NCBI GenBank assembly: GCA_030603365.1
Contig: JAUVXV010000002.1
Location: forward strand, 384,001 to 448,000
Reading direction: 5' to 3'
DNA: 64,000 nucleotides
Source of the DNA: Candidatus Heimdallarchaeota archaeon
Lineage (GTDB): Archaea > Asgardarchaeota > Heimdallarchaeia > Heimdallarchaeales > Heimdallarchaeaceae
Within the stretch, counting starts at the first letter, position 1. The number at the start of each line of letters is the position of its first letter. Both the position numbers and the translations under genes were made by a program. This document shows positions 49,360-58,044 of this stretch, one piece after another. The notes below the pieces were generated by a model. It made no database searches and had not been told where the DNA came from. It saw only the letters and a program-made list of their open reading frames with translations.

Positions 49360-51096
49360 TCATTCTAAGACAACTTCAATTATCGAATTATATCTATCAA
49401 ATGAAAGCCTCTTGTGCCCAGTTGCTGAAACTAAACCTAAGGAGTTTCCTCCAGACAAATCATCTTGTAAAGAGAAGTAAACAAAGCCTTTAATCTTTGG
49501 TTCATTAAGGCAGAGTTCCAACATTCTTGCTAAAGTAGCTGCTTGAATTCTTTCACCATACATAACTGCTGAAATACCAAATTCACATATCCATAGTTCT
49601 TTTGTTGAAGCTGTAGCATCTTGTAGAAATAGAGTCAAGTCCAATTCTCGAGCATGCACAATAAAATAATCGATTCCCAGAAAATCAAGGGTTGTGTTTT
49701 TCCACAAGGATTGGAAAACACTTACTTCATAATACACTCCAAAGTCGTTATATGATAGATTTACACCTATTTCTGTATCATTTGAGTAAGTTCGTAGAAC
49801 TGTTACTGTATCTTCTATAGCTTCAGCCCATTCATCAGGTGTTGGAAGGTCTATAACATAAGCTGATGAAAAACCATAAGGCTCTGGGTAAATCAAAAGA
49901 AATTCAGGGTCACATAATTGAATTATCTCTATTGCTTGATTTTCTATTTCTGCGATATAATCAGTAAAGTTTATTGTTTGGAAATTCCATATTGGGAAAC
50001 CATATCCATATGTTGACAACATAATTTTGAAACCATTTGCTTTAAGTTCATCTGTTATGCCTTGTAATTCCGTACTATGATTATAAAGTAATTCAGATTT
50101 TATATCCATTCGAACAGTGGTTACATTGAGATCCAACAGTATCTCCAATTCATATTGAAATTCTTCATAATAATTGTCTGATAAACTTTGCTGATAAGTA
50201 ACTGTCTTTAATGATACACCAAATTCAAAATCATTTCTTACAGGATATTCAGGAGCATAATTTTTGGAGGTAAACTCTCCATATGAAGCCATTGTTCCAA
50301 TATTTAGAAGTGTGAATACAATTAGAAGTATAATCCCCATCGCATATATTCCCTTAGCACCATTATCTAGAAAAACTTTAATTTGAGGTAATATTGGTAG
50401 TTTTTCTCTTTCTGAAGGATCAAATCCGTCAGTAAAAACACTTGATTTAGAATTTTCATCAGTTTTTGTTTTCTTCTTTTCTGATTTTTTCTCAACAGAT
50501 GCCTCTTTCTTTGGTTTATTCTTCTGTTTTTCATCCACACTTTTACCTTTCTTTTTGAATTTAAGTGGAATTGCGAGAGGTATTAAAATAAGTACAGGAT
50601 AGAAATACCCAACTGCGCCATATAGAAAGGCTTCAAAGGAAGCATATCCTATCGAAGGGATAATCATGAACCACTCAAGAGCCTTAGGTAGAATGAAGGC
50701 AGTCTGAGCTTCTATGAAGTTCAGTAAAAGCATACAGGATTGGAGGGCAAGCACTGTGAATAAAACATTGATTATCTTTCCCCATCTTGTAGCTTCGATT
50801 GATTTCTTGAAAGCGAGAATAGTTACCACTAGATTATTTACAAAGAGTATAAAACATCCTACAAGACCACCCCAAATAAACTCAATTGATAAAGATAAGC
50901 TAAACCATAGAAAAGCTAGAACCGTTCCTATTAACATCACTCCTGCTGAACTCAAGTTCCATGCTTTCTTTGTAAAATCAGGTTTTGCCAAAGATTCATA
51001 AATTAATTTTCCTGATACACTAGCATTATATAACAATGCTAAATAAGCAAAAACAATTGAAGCTTCTGGTGGTAAGATAGACATAGTGCTCAACAT
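49360..51096 (-). CDS. Multi-TM protein with C-terminal clan GH-A-like glycoside hydrolase barrel
   Basis: About 6 TMs, charged linker, then 'VRMD', 'YPEP', 'DFLGIDY', 'LWICEFG', 'GFVYF'. Confidence 0.65.
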   Translation of the reverse strand: MLSTMSILPPEASIVFAYLALLYNASVSGKLIYESLAKPDFTKKAWNLSSAGVMLIGTVLAFLWFSLSLSIEFIWGGLVGCFILFVNNLVVTILAFKKSIEATRWGKIINVLFTVLALQSCMLLLNFIEAQTAFILPKALEWFMIIPSIGYASFEAFLYGAVGYFYPVLILIPLAIPLKFKKKGKSVDEKQKNKPKKEASVEKKSEKKKTKTDENSKSSVFTDGFDPSEREKLPILPQIKVFLDNGAKGIYAMGIILLIVFTLLNIGTMASYGEFTSKNYAPEYPVRNDFEFGVSLKTVTYQQSLSDNYYEEFQYELEILLDLNVTTVRMDIKSELLYNHSTELQGITDELKANGFKIMLSTYGYGFPIWNFQTINFTDYIAEIENQAIEIIQLCDPEFLLIYPEPYGFSSAYVIDLPTPDEWAEAIEDTVTVLRTYSNDTEIGVNLSYNDFGVYYEVSVFQSLWKNTTLDFLGIDYFIVHARELDLTLFLQDATASTKELWICEFGISAVMYGERIQAATLARMLELCLNEPKIKGFVYFSLQDDLSGGNSLGLVSATGHKRLSFDRYNSIIEVVLE

Positions 51097-51138
51097 AAAA
51101 AAGATAAGATGTTTAAATGTCTTACCATTTTTGGTTTA

Positions 51139-51858
51139 TTAAGGCATTAATAACCGATGTAAATCTGATATAGTTCCTCTGTAATCTGGTTCAATTTCCT
51201 GAGTGATTTTATCTTCATTTTCTAAAGCTGTTTCTACCAGAAAAGTTTGATAGCCATGTTTTTTTGCAACAAGGTCTCTATAACCATCATTTCCGATCAT
51301 CAAAGAATTATTAGGATTTATGTTCATTTCTTTAGCTATATTCAACCAGTAATTCTTGTTATTTTTGCAATAGAAACTATTTTGAGCATGAGTGATTAGT
51401 TCAAAAAACTCTTCTGAAATATTCCCCCATTTCATTCTCTTCTGAACAGCAATAAATGGAAAAACAGGATTTGTTGCTAAAATTACTTTTGTTTGTGGAA
51501 GATGTTGTTTAATTTTTGAAAGTAAATTCTTTGCACCATCCATTTGACTTATTAAAGGTTTAATCGCACTATAATCAGTTTGATAGAATTGAAGAAATCT
51601 CTCAGTTATTTTATCGCACTCAACCTCAAATTTAGGGCAAAAGTCTAGAAGAAATTCTTCTAGTGTTGTGGTTTCCTTGTTATCACTGTTTTCCATAACA
51701 TCTGTTGATCTTAGAAGTTCTTGATAGAAGTTTTCTGGATTAGGGATCAAATCAATGAAAAACTTAGCTGCTGTACCTAAGTAGGTTTTTACAAATAGAT
51801 CAGGGTCAAAATAGATTAAGGTTCCATCTAAATCAAAAAGTAAAGCTTCAAACGTCAT
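51139..51858 (-). CDS. HAD-superfamily hydrolase
   Basis: FDLDGTL, LATNPVFP, MIGND...D. Confidence 0.9.
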   Translation of the reverse strand: MTFEALLFDLDGTLIYFDPDLFVKTYLGTAAKFFIDLIPNPENFYQELLRSTDVMENSDNKETTTLEEFLLDFCPKFEVECDKITERFLQFYQTDYSAIKPLISQMDGAKNLLSKIKQHLPQTKVILATNPVFPFIAVQKRMKWGNISEEFFELITHAQNSFYCKNNKNYWLNIAKEMNINPNNSLMIGNDGYRDLVAKKHGYQTFLVETALENEDKITQEIEPDYRGTISDLHRLLMP

Positions 51859-51870
51859 ATCATCACTTCT

Positions 51871-52749
51871 TCATCTTAGAAATTTATAATGGGTATCTAA
51901 GCATATTCCTATACACCCTGGACCTGTATGTGTAACAATCGTCATTCCGAGTTCATCTATGGACACATTAAAATCTTTAGGTTGGATTACATCTTCTATG
52001 TGTTTCTTTAACATGTTAGCAGATTCTTCATTTTTCGCATGCATTATGTATGCATTGAATTTTTCTGGTCTTCCAGTTTTTTCATAGACAGAATTAAAGG
52101 ATTCTATTACAGCATTTTTGTGCCCTCTAACTGTTTTTACAACTTCCATTTTTCCTGAGATGAAGTTAATAATAGGTTTCATGTCAGCAAGTTTAGCAAT
52201 CCAATATTTTGACTTACTCAATCTACCTCCTCTATGTAAATAGATTAAGTCAGCAACTGTAAAACCTACTTCAAGTTTATTTCGATATTCATCAAGTTTA
52301 ACCATTATTTCTTCAGGTGATAGGTCCTCTTGCGCTAATTCAGAAGCCATAATTGCAAGTATTCCTATACCAAATGTAGCTAATTGCGAATCATATATGT
52401 AAACTTTAGCAGCATCTTCTACTTTTTTCTCGTACATCCTTTTTGCATTAATAGCAGTATTATAAGATCCAGATATTCCCGAAGAAATTACAATGTTAAG
52501 TACTTCATCGGCTTCTTTTCCTAATTGTTCAAAAAGTTCATACTGGTGATGAAGTGTCGGATTAGCAGTTTGAGGATATTCTTTTGATGCATAAAATTTC
52601 TCATAGAACTGCTCTAAGGTTATATCAACACCTTCATAGTAGATGTCGTCACCAAATCTAATTACAGTAGGTACAAGAGAAAGGTCGTATTTTTTTACCA
52701 TTTCAGGTGTAAGATCAGCTGCACTATCAGTCATTATTTTTACTGTCAT
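51871..52749 (-). CDS. DegV/FakB fatty-acid-binding protein
   Basis: TDSAADL, PQTANP, ISSGISGSY, YLHRGGRL, KPI, THTGPG. Confidence 0.93.
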   Translation of the reverse strand: MTVKIMTDSAADLTPEMVKKYDLSLVPTVIRFGDDIYYEGVDITLEQFYEKFYASKEYPQTANPTLHHQYELFEQLGKEADEVLNIVISSGISGSYNTAINAKRMYEKKVEDAAKVYIYDSQLATFGIGILAIMASELAQEDLSPEEIMVKLDEYRNKLEVGFTVADLIYLHRGGRLSKSKYWIAKLADMKPIINFISGKMEVVKTVRGHKNAVIESFNSVYEKTGRPEKFNAYIMHAKNEESANMLKKHIEDVIQPKDFNVSIDELGMTIVTHTGPGCIGICLDTHYKFLR

Positions 52750-52806
52750 CTTTGAAACCTAAGGGAAAAGAAAAAAAGAGGAATTTAAACTTTGCTTGTA
52801 AAAAAG

Positions 52807-53694
52807 TTACAATTCCACATTTCGAGTCATAATAATAACTATAGTTCCAGGACCTGTGTGAGAAGTAATGACACCACCTATATCGTATATCTCACCGATG
52901 TTTATCTCTGGGTATTTCTCCTTTATCTTCTTTGCATAAGCTTCTGTTTCAGTTCTAAAAGCAGCTTGAGTGAAATGCACTGTAAGATTGCTCAAATCAT
53001 CTTCAATATCATTTAGTTGCATTTCTAATATAGTATCAATTGCTTTATCTAAACCTGTTACACTTTTTACAACCTCAACTTTTCCGTCTACGAGGCTTAA
53101 TATAGGTATTTTAGATAGAAGAGATCCTAGATAGTATTTAGCCCTACTTAAACGTCCACCATCAAAGAGCCATCTTAAATCAGAAACAGTGAAATAGAAA
53201 GAGTAATCCTTTTCTCTCCATTCATCTAGCTTTTTGACAATTTCCTCTGCTTTCAAACCTTGTTTTACAAAATTAGTGGCTTTGATCACAATTAAACCGA
53301 AGGGAGTACTTGTTGATCTACTATCATATACGAAGATTTTAGCTCCATCAGGATTGGATTTTTCATACATTTTCTTTGCCATTCTAGCATTATTTACTGC
53401 CCCACTTATATCACTAGAAAGATGCATGGAAATTATCTGATCGTATTTATCTCCATAAGTTTCATATGCCTTTAACAAATCAGCTTGTGTTGATTGAGAG
53501 GTAGTAGGATGTTCAGTAGTTTTAGATAATTTCTCATAAAATTCTGAAGTTTTGAGATTTTCTAATTCTTTATACTCTTCTACACCAAACATAATTTGCA
53601 TGGGAACCCATTGAACGTCGTATTTATCATATAGTGTTACGTCATTAGGAAAATTCAAATCTGCACTTGTATCACAAATAATCTTAATAGTCAT
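52807..53694 (-). CDS. DegV/FakB fatty-acid-binding protein
   Basis: DTSADL, PTTSQ, LSSDISG, GGRL, SHTGPG. Confidence 0.93.
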   Translation of the reverse strand: MTIKIICDTSADLNFPNDVTLYDKYDVQWVPMQIMFGVEEYKELENLKTSEFYEKLSKTTEHPTTSQSTQADLLKAYETYGDKYDQIISMHLSSDISGAVNNARMAKKMYEKSNPDGAKIFVYDSRSTSTPFGLIVIKATNFVKQGLKAEEIVKKLDEWREKDYSFYFTVSDLRWLFDGGRLSRAKYYLGSLLSKIPILSLVDGKVEVVKSVTGLDKAIDTILEMQLNDIEDDLSNLTVHFTQAAFRTETEAYAKKIKEKYPEINIGEIYDIGGVITSHTGPGTIVIIMTRNVEL

Positions 53695-53841
53695 GACTTT
53701 GTTAAAAGAAATGGTTTTTTTTAAATATTTGCTACTTTTATTGCCAAATAATATTAATGTATATATTTTTTAGAATTTAATGAATTAATAAGTAGCCAAA
53801 AGATACAGAAGAGCAAAATATTTAAGTTGGCTGTATAGAGC

Positions 53842-54618
53842 ATGATTAGAAATCGAAGGATTAAGGAATCAATGTTGCAAAGAATCAAGACAAAACTCCT
53901 AGTAAATCTTACAATCATTCTGTTTGTAGGATTGACTTTATCTCAATTAGCCAATAATAATACTACATATGCAGACTTTGAAAATGAAGTAAACAGAAAA
54001 GAAGCTATCTGCTTCCCTAATTTGAGTCCAATTAATGATTCTTTTCTAGAAAGACCTATCCTGGATGTTTCCAAATCAGTTAATGCTACAGTTATCAATC
54101 CAGATTTGAGTGAATGGATATGTGTAAATGTGACAATAACAAACATAAGCAATTATACTGCTTACAACTTAACTACAACAGATCCTGGATTTGAAGATTG
54201 GGCTGTTTCCAGCCTTAATGTAACTGAGCAAAAGTGGGTTATCATTGAAAATAACGCATCAGTTTATTATTTTTATTACTTTAAACCATTATCAGAGGGG
54301 AATTTCACTTTAGAACCAACTGACATAGTATATGTTGATGTTAATGGAACAGAATATCATGCTCAATCTCAGCGATTTATTATAATTGTAATAAAACCAG
54401 AGAGTATCGAAGTTATAGATGCAGAGTTATGGTTAAACATTCTTTATTACACTATTATCATATCAGGTGTTTTAGGAGCTATCGTCTTGTTTGACCTCTT
54501 TGTTATTAAGAGACCAAAAGGAACTAAAAAACAGAAACAAAAAGTAGTGGATAAAAAGGGTACTTCAACTCAAAAGAATAAGAAACAAGTTAAACGAAAA
54601 ACCAAAAAGCGAAGATAG
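53842..54618 (+). CDS. Translocon-associated protein beta (TRAP-beta/SSR2)-like type I membrane protein
   Basis: Signal peptide; Ig-like 'LDVSKS...ITNI....A.....D..F...KW..I.....V.....KP...G.F......I.Y'; TM; Lys-rich tail; many N-x-S/T sequons. Confidence 0.65.
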   Translation: MIRNRRIKESMLQRIKTKLLVNLTIILFVGLTLSQLANNNTTYADFENEVNRKEAICFPNLSPINDSFLERPILDVSKSVNATVINPDLSEWICVNVTITNISNYTAYNLTTTDPGFEDWAVSSLNVTEQKWVIIENNASVYYFYYFKPLSEGNFTLEPTDIVYVDVNGTEYHAQSQRFIIIVIKPESIEVIDAELWLNILYYTIIISGVLGAIVLFDLFVIKRPKGTKKQKQKVVDKKGTSTQKNKKQVKRKTKKRR

Positions 54619-54675
54619 ATTTTCTTTCTTTTACAAATCTCATATTTTATATAGGCTTTAGTCAAAGTGTGATTA

Positions 54676-55659
54676 ATGTCCTTAAAAGAAATTCTCGATA
54701 TGGATTTAAAGTATCTATTAGTAGGCGGGAAAGGTGGAGTCGGAAAGACCAGTGTTGCTTCTTCTTTAGCTATTGCATTAGCTGAACATGGAAAAAAAGT
54801 TCTCATAATTTCAACTGATCCCGCGCATAGTATTTCTGATTCTTTTGATATGGATTTTTCTAAAGGAGAAATTACAAGGGTTAAAGGAGTTGTAGGTGAT
54901 TTATTTGCACTTGAAATTAATCCTTCTGCCGCAGGTGAAGAAATCTCACAAGCAATAGGTCAACCAATGGGAGCAGACCAATTTTCACAATTTGCAGCTA
55001 TTCCTGGTTTAGGTGAACTGCAACAAGGTCTGGGAGAAGATCTAAAATCAATCCCTCCCCCAGGAATGGATGAAGCTTTATCTTTTGCAAAAATACTTGA
55101 ATATGCTGAAGATGATGTTTACGATACAATAGTCCTAGATACAGCTCCCACAGGTCACACTCTAAGATTATTGAACATTCCCGAGTTTTTAGATTCGTTT
55201 CTTGGTCGTATATTAAAAATGAAAACTTTTCTCTCTAATGCTATGAGCATGATGAAATCTCTTTTTGGAGGTGGCCAAGAGAAGGATAGAACTATAGAGA
55301 CATTAGAAGCAATGAAAGAGAAAGTATTAGTTGCGAGAGACAAATTAATGGATGAAACTAAAACTCAATTTGTTAAAGTCCTTATACCTACTATGATGAG
55401 TGTCTTTGAAACAGAAAGACTTGCTGAAGAACTAGATCAACATCTCATTCCTCACAAATATACTATTATCAATATGGTAAATCCAGAAAATAGTAATTGT
55501 CCATATTGTATGCATCGACATCAAGAACATCAAAAAAACATTGAATATATTCAATCTACGTTTCCATTGGATCAACTAACTACAATTGAAGCATTTGATA
55601 GAGAAATAAGAGGTCTAGATATGCTTAAAATTCTTAATTCAAAGCTATTAAAAGAGTGA
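54676..55659 (+). CDS. get3: Get3/TRC40-type (ArsA family) ATPase
   Basis: GGKGGVGKTS, STDPAHS, PGMDEALSF, DTAPTGHT, Met-rich insert, CPYC. Confidence 0.85.
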   Translation: MSLKEILDMDLKYLLVGGKGGVGKTSVASSLAIALAEHGKKVLIISTDPAHSISDSFDMDFSKGEITRVKGVVGDLFALEINPSAAGEEISQAIGQPMGADQFSQFAAIPGLGELQQGLGEDLKSIPPPGMDEALSFAKILEYAEDDVYDTIVLDTAPTGHTLRLLNIPEFLDSFLGRILKMKTFLSNAMSMMKSLFGGGQEKDRTIETLEAMKEKVLVARDKLMDETKTQFVKVLIPTMMSVFETERLAEELDQHLIPHKYTIINMVNPENSNCPYCMHRHQEHQKNIEYIQSTFPLDQLTTIEAFDREIRGLDMLKILNSKLLKE

Positions 55660-55663
55660 TAGT

Positions 55664-56464
55664 ATGGGTATGCATTCTGATGCTGTGAAATTAATAGAAA
55701 AAGATTCTAAGAGTTCATATGCTGATGCTCATTGTCATCTTGTACCTGAATGGTATACTAAAGACGATATAAGTGAAATCACTGTTAAAGCTAAGGAGAA
55801 TGGTGTAAAGATTATTATTAACAGTGCAATTGATCCCGCACATTACAAATTTGGTCTGGAGACTACAAAGCACGATAGTATCTTTTTATCAATAGGTGTG
55901 GAACCAACAAAAGTCTCTGATGAACGAATTCATGAATTCAAGGAATTTTTCAACTCAAACAAAGAAAAAATTGTCGCAATAGGAGAAATAGGATTAGATT
56001 TTCATTGGGTTAAGGAACCAGAAAAAAGAACCAAGCAAGAAACTCACTTCAACTCATTGATCGATTTTGCTATAATTAATGAGAAACCTATTGTGGTTCA
56101 TTCAAGAGGTGCAGAAACTAGAGCAATTGAAATATTAAAACAAAAGGGAGTAGAAGATGTTCTAATGCACTGTTTTGAGGGAACAGAAGAACAAGCGAGA
56201 GAAATTTCAACACTTTCTTGGTATGTTACTGTTCCTACTAGCACAATCTATAGAAAGAACTTTCAGAAGATTCTAAAGTCAGTTTCAATTGATAGTCTAA
56301 TGCTTGAAACTGATAGTCCGTTTCATTCTTTAGAAAAAGGTCAACAGAACACCCCATCAAGTATTCCAACTTTATGCAGACATGCAGCTAGAATTTTAGA
56401 AATTGATGAACAAGATCTTGCAGAAATAACATTCAATAATACCAAGACTTTCTATAGAATCTAA
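55664..56464 (+). CDS. tatD: TatD family hydrolase
   Basis: DAHCHL, GEIGLD, VHSR, MHCF, LETDSP. Confidence 0.93.
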   Translation: MGMHSDAVKLIEKDSKSSYADAHCHLVPEWYTKDDISEITVKAKENGVKIIINSAIDPAHYKFGLETTKHDSIFLSIGVEPTKVSDERIHEFKEFFNSNKEKIVAIGEIGLDFHWVKEPEKRTKQETHFNSLIDFAIINEKPIVVHSRGAETRAIEILKQKGVEDVLMHCFEGTEEQAREISTLSWYVTVPTSTIYRKNFQKILKSVSIDSLMLETDSPFHSLEKGQQNTPSSIPTLCRHAARILEIDEQDLAEITFNNTKTFYRI

Positions 56465-56471
56465 GATTTAT

Positions 56472-57308
56472 CTAAATAAATGCTACACTAGCATATTCCT
56501 TTCCAAGCACATAATAGGAAATGATAGATTGCTTAGTTTCAGTTTTTGGAACTTTTCTGAATCGTCTGATAATATCTTTAGTATTTTTAGTATACTTAGA
56601 ACTTGATGAGTAAAAAATACTCTCTACTTCCTTTGTTTTACTAACGATGTTAATCCTATGGTTTGCTTCTTTGAATAGATTGTGAGCTTTTCTATCTTGA
56701 GAAATATTGGTCCATTGAGTATGAAAATAATGGTATAGATTATGGTTTGTAAAAGAAAATGGAAATGTTTTCTGAGTGTTTACTTTCCCTTTTCCTTCTT
56801 TTACTAAATTGTCATTCTCTGTTATTGTATAGGCACTAATGCGCTTATTCAATTCAATTGCTTTCTTCCTAATTTCGTTAATGTTTTTTGCGTCAGGAAT
56901 GAACTTTACTAACTCTGCTGTGAAGAGTCCAGATGCAGGACCAATGGTTGGTGAATCAACTAAATCAATCGTAATACCAGAAACCATTTTCTTTGCTAAA
57001 AGTGCATGTTCATAAACCGAAGGAGTGAAGAGTGAAGAGTGTATACTGATCAAGGAGTCATATTCTTCAGCAAGGAAAGTGTAGAGTTCTACAAATTCTT
57101 TTATGTTTGGAGCGAAAATATTTGCTTTTTTATCTTGATTTACAATCGACATTAATCTTCCTGTGTTCAAGCTGTGAGTATGCTCTCTTTCAGAATAAAT
57201 CTGTCCTTTAGAATCTTCTATTGAATAACCTACTGGGAAAATTTGCTCTTCTTTGTATAGTTCCAATGGTATCTCTCTGGAGCTATCTATTACAATTGCT
57301 TGTTTCAT
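56472..57308 (-). CDS. Degenerate DegV-like protein
   Basis: 'IVIDSS..IP', 'YDSLISIHSS', 'A.LAK', 'LVDS'; lacks SG, GGR and HxGP motifs. Confidence 0.7.
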   Translation of the reverse strand: MKQAIVIDSSREIPLELYKEEQIFPVGYSIEDSKGQIYSEREHTHSLNTGRLMSIVNQDKKANIFAPNIKEFVELYTFLAEEYDSLISIHSSLFTPSVYEHALLAKKMVSGITIDLVDSPTIGPASGLFTAELVKFIPDAKNINEIRKKAIELNKRISAYTITENDNLVKEGKGKVNTQKTFPFSFTNHNLYHYFHTQWTNISQDRKAHNLFKEANHRINIVSKTKEVESIFYSSSSKYTKNTKDIIRRFRKVPKTETKQSIISYYVLGKEYASVAFI

Positions 57309-57349
57309 AGTAACAGTCTATACTCACTTGGTGTTTTGATAAATCTTTC

Positions 57350-57610
57350 TTAATCACTGATTTCGTTTTCAGATTCCTCTTGTTGCCTCTGTTTTACAAA
57401 TTCTCTATAATCATCCAATGACACTTCTATTGCTATAGTTCCAGACCAACCACATTCTTCATTTTTACAAGAATGTTTGGCCATACCAAAAACAGCTGCT
57501 AAATAATTCGTTGGATAAAAACAAACTGGACAAACAGATACAACTTCCTTTATAGAACGTTTTTTAATTGAAGGAATAGGGAAGTTTTTATCCGACTTGT
57601 TTTTAGGAAT
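57350..57610 (-). CDS. Small zinc-ribbon protein (86 aa) with ATT start codon
   Basis: Not in ORF track. AGGTGA, 5-nt spacer, then ATT; PKNKSDKNFPIPSIKKRSIKEVVSVCPVCFYPTNYLAAVFGMAKHSCKNEECGWSGTIAIEVSLDDYREFVKQRQQEESENEISD*. Confidence 0.75.
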   Translation of the reverse strand: MPKNKSDKNFPIPSIKKRSIKEVVSVCPVCFYPTNYLAAVFGMAKHSCKNEECGWSGTIAIEVSLDDYREFVKQRQQEESENEISD

Positions 57611-57625
57611 TTAGTTCACCTTGTT

Positions 57626-57943
57626 TTAGAATTGTACTTCAATATTATTTGATGGAAAACCAAAGTCTTCAAGAATTGATTTAATCTTAAATCTATGATC
57701 TCCTTGAAGTTCAATTCTACCCTCTTTTTGAGTTCCACCACAAGCAAGCTTAGATTTCAGTTTCTTTGCTAATCCACCGAGATCTACTTCATTAGGATCA
57801 ATTCCAGTTACAAGAGTATACTTTTTACCGTACCTTCTTTTTTCCATGAAAACTCTAATAATCTGTTCTTCTTTCGCAATTTCCTCGCAGACGCATAGGT
57901 CTTGAGGAAGACCACATACCATACATAATTCGTCTTCTAGCAC
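57626..57943 (-). CDS. sui1: Translation initiation factor aIF1/SUI1
   Basis: '[19 protein letters not shown]', 'RRYGK', '[10 protein letters not shown]', 'IELQGDH'; GTG start. Confidence 0.96.
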   Translation of the reverse strand: MLEDELCMVCGLPQDLCVCEEIAKEEQIIRVFMEKRRYGKKYTLVTGIDPNEVDLGGLAKKLKSKLACGGTQKEGRIELQGDHRFKIKSILEDFGFPSNNIEVQF

Positions 57944-58044
57944 ATCAATAAGAAACGTGAAAGGTTATTTATATTTTTTCATCTAAACTTTTAATTAAAC
58001 TAACAAGGAAATTATTAAAATAGAAGAACAAAATCTTAGGTTTA

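Noticed and set aside
54676-55659. Arsenite-efflux ArsA interpretation
   Set aside because: Single domain with Get3-type CxxC and Met-rich insert; no arsB/acr3/arsD/arsC neighbours.
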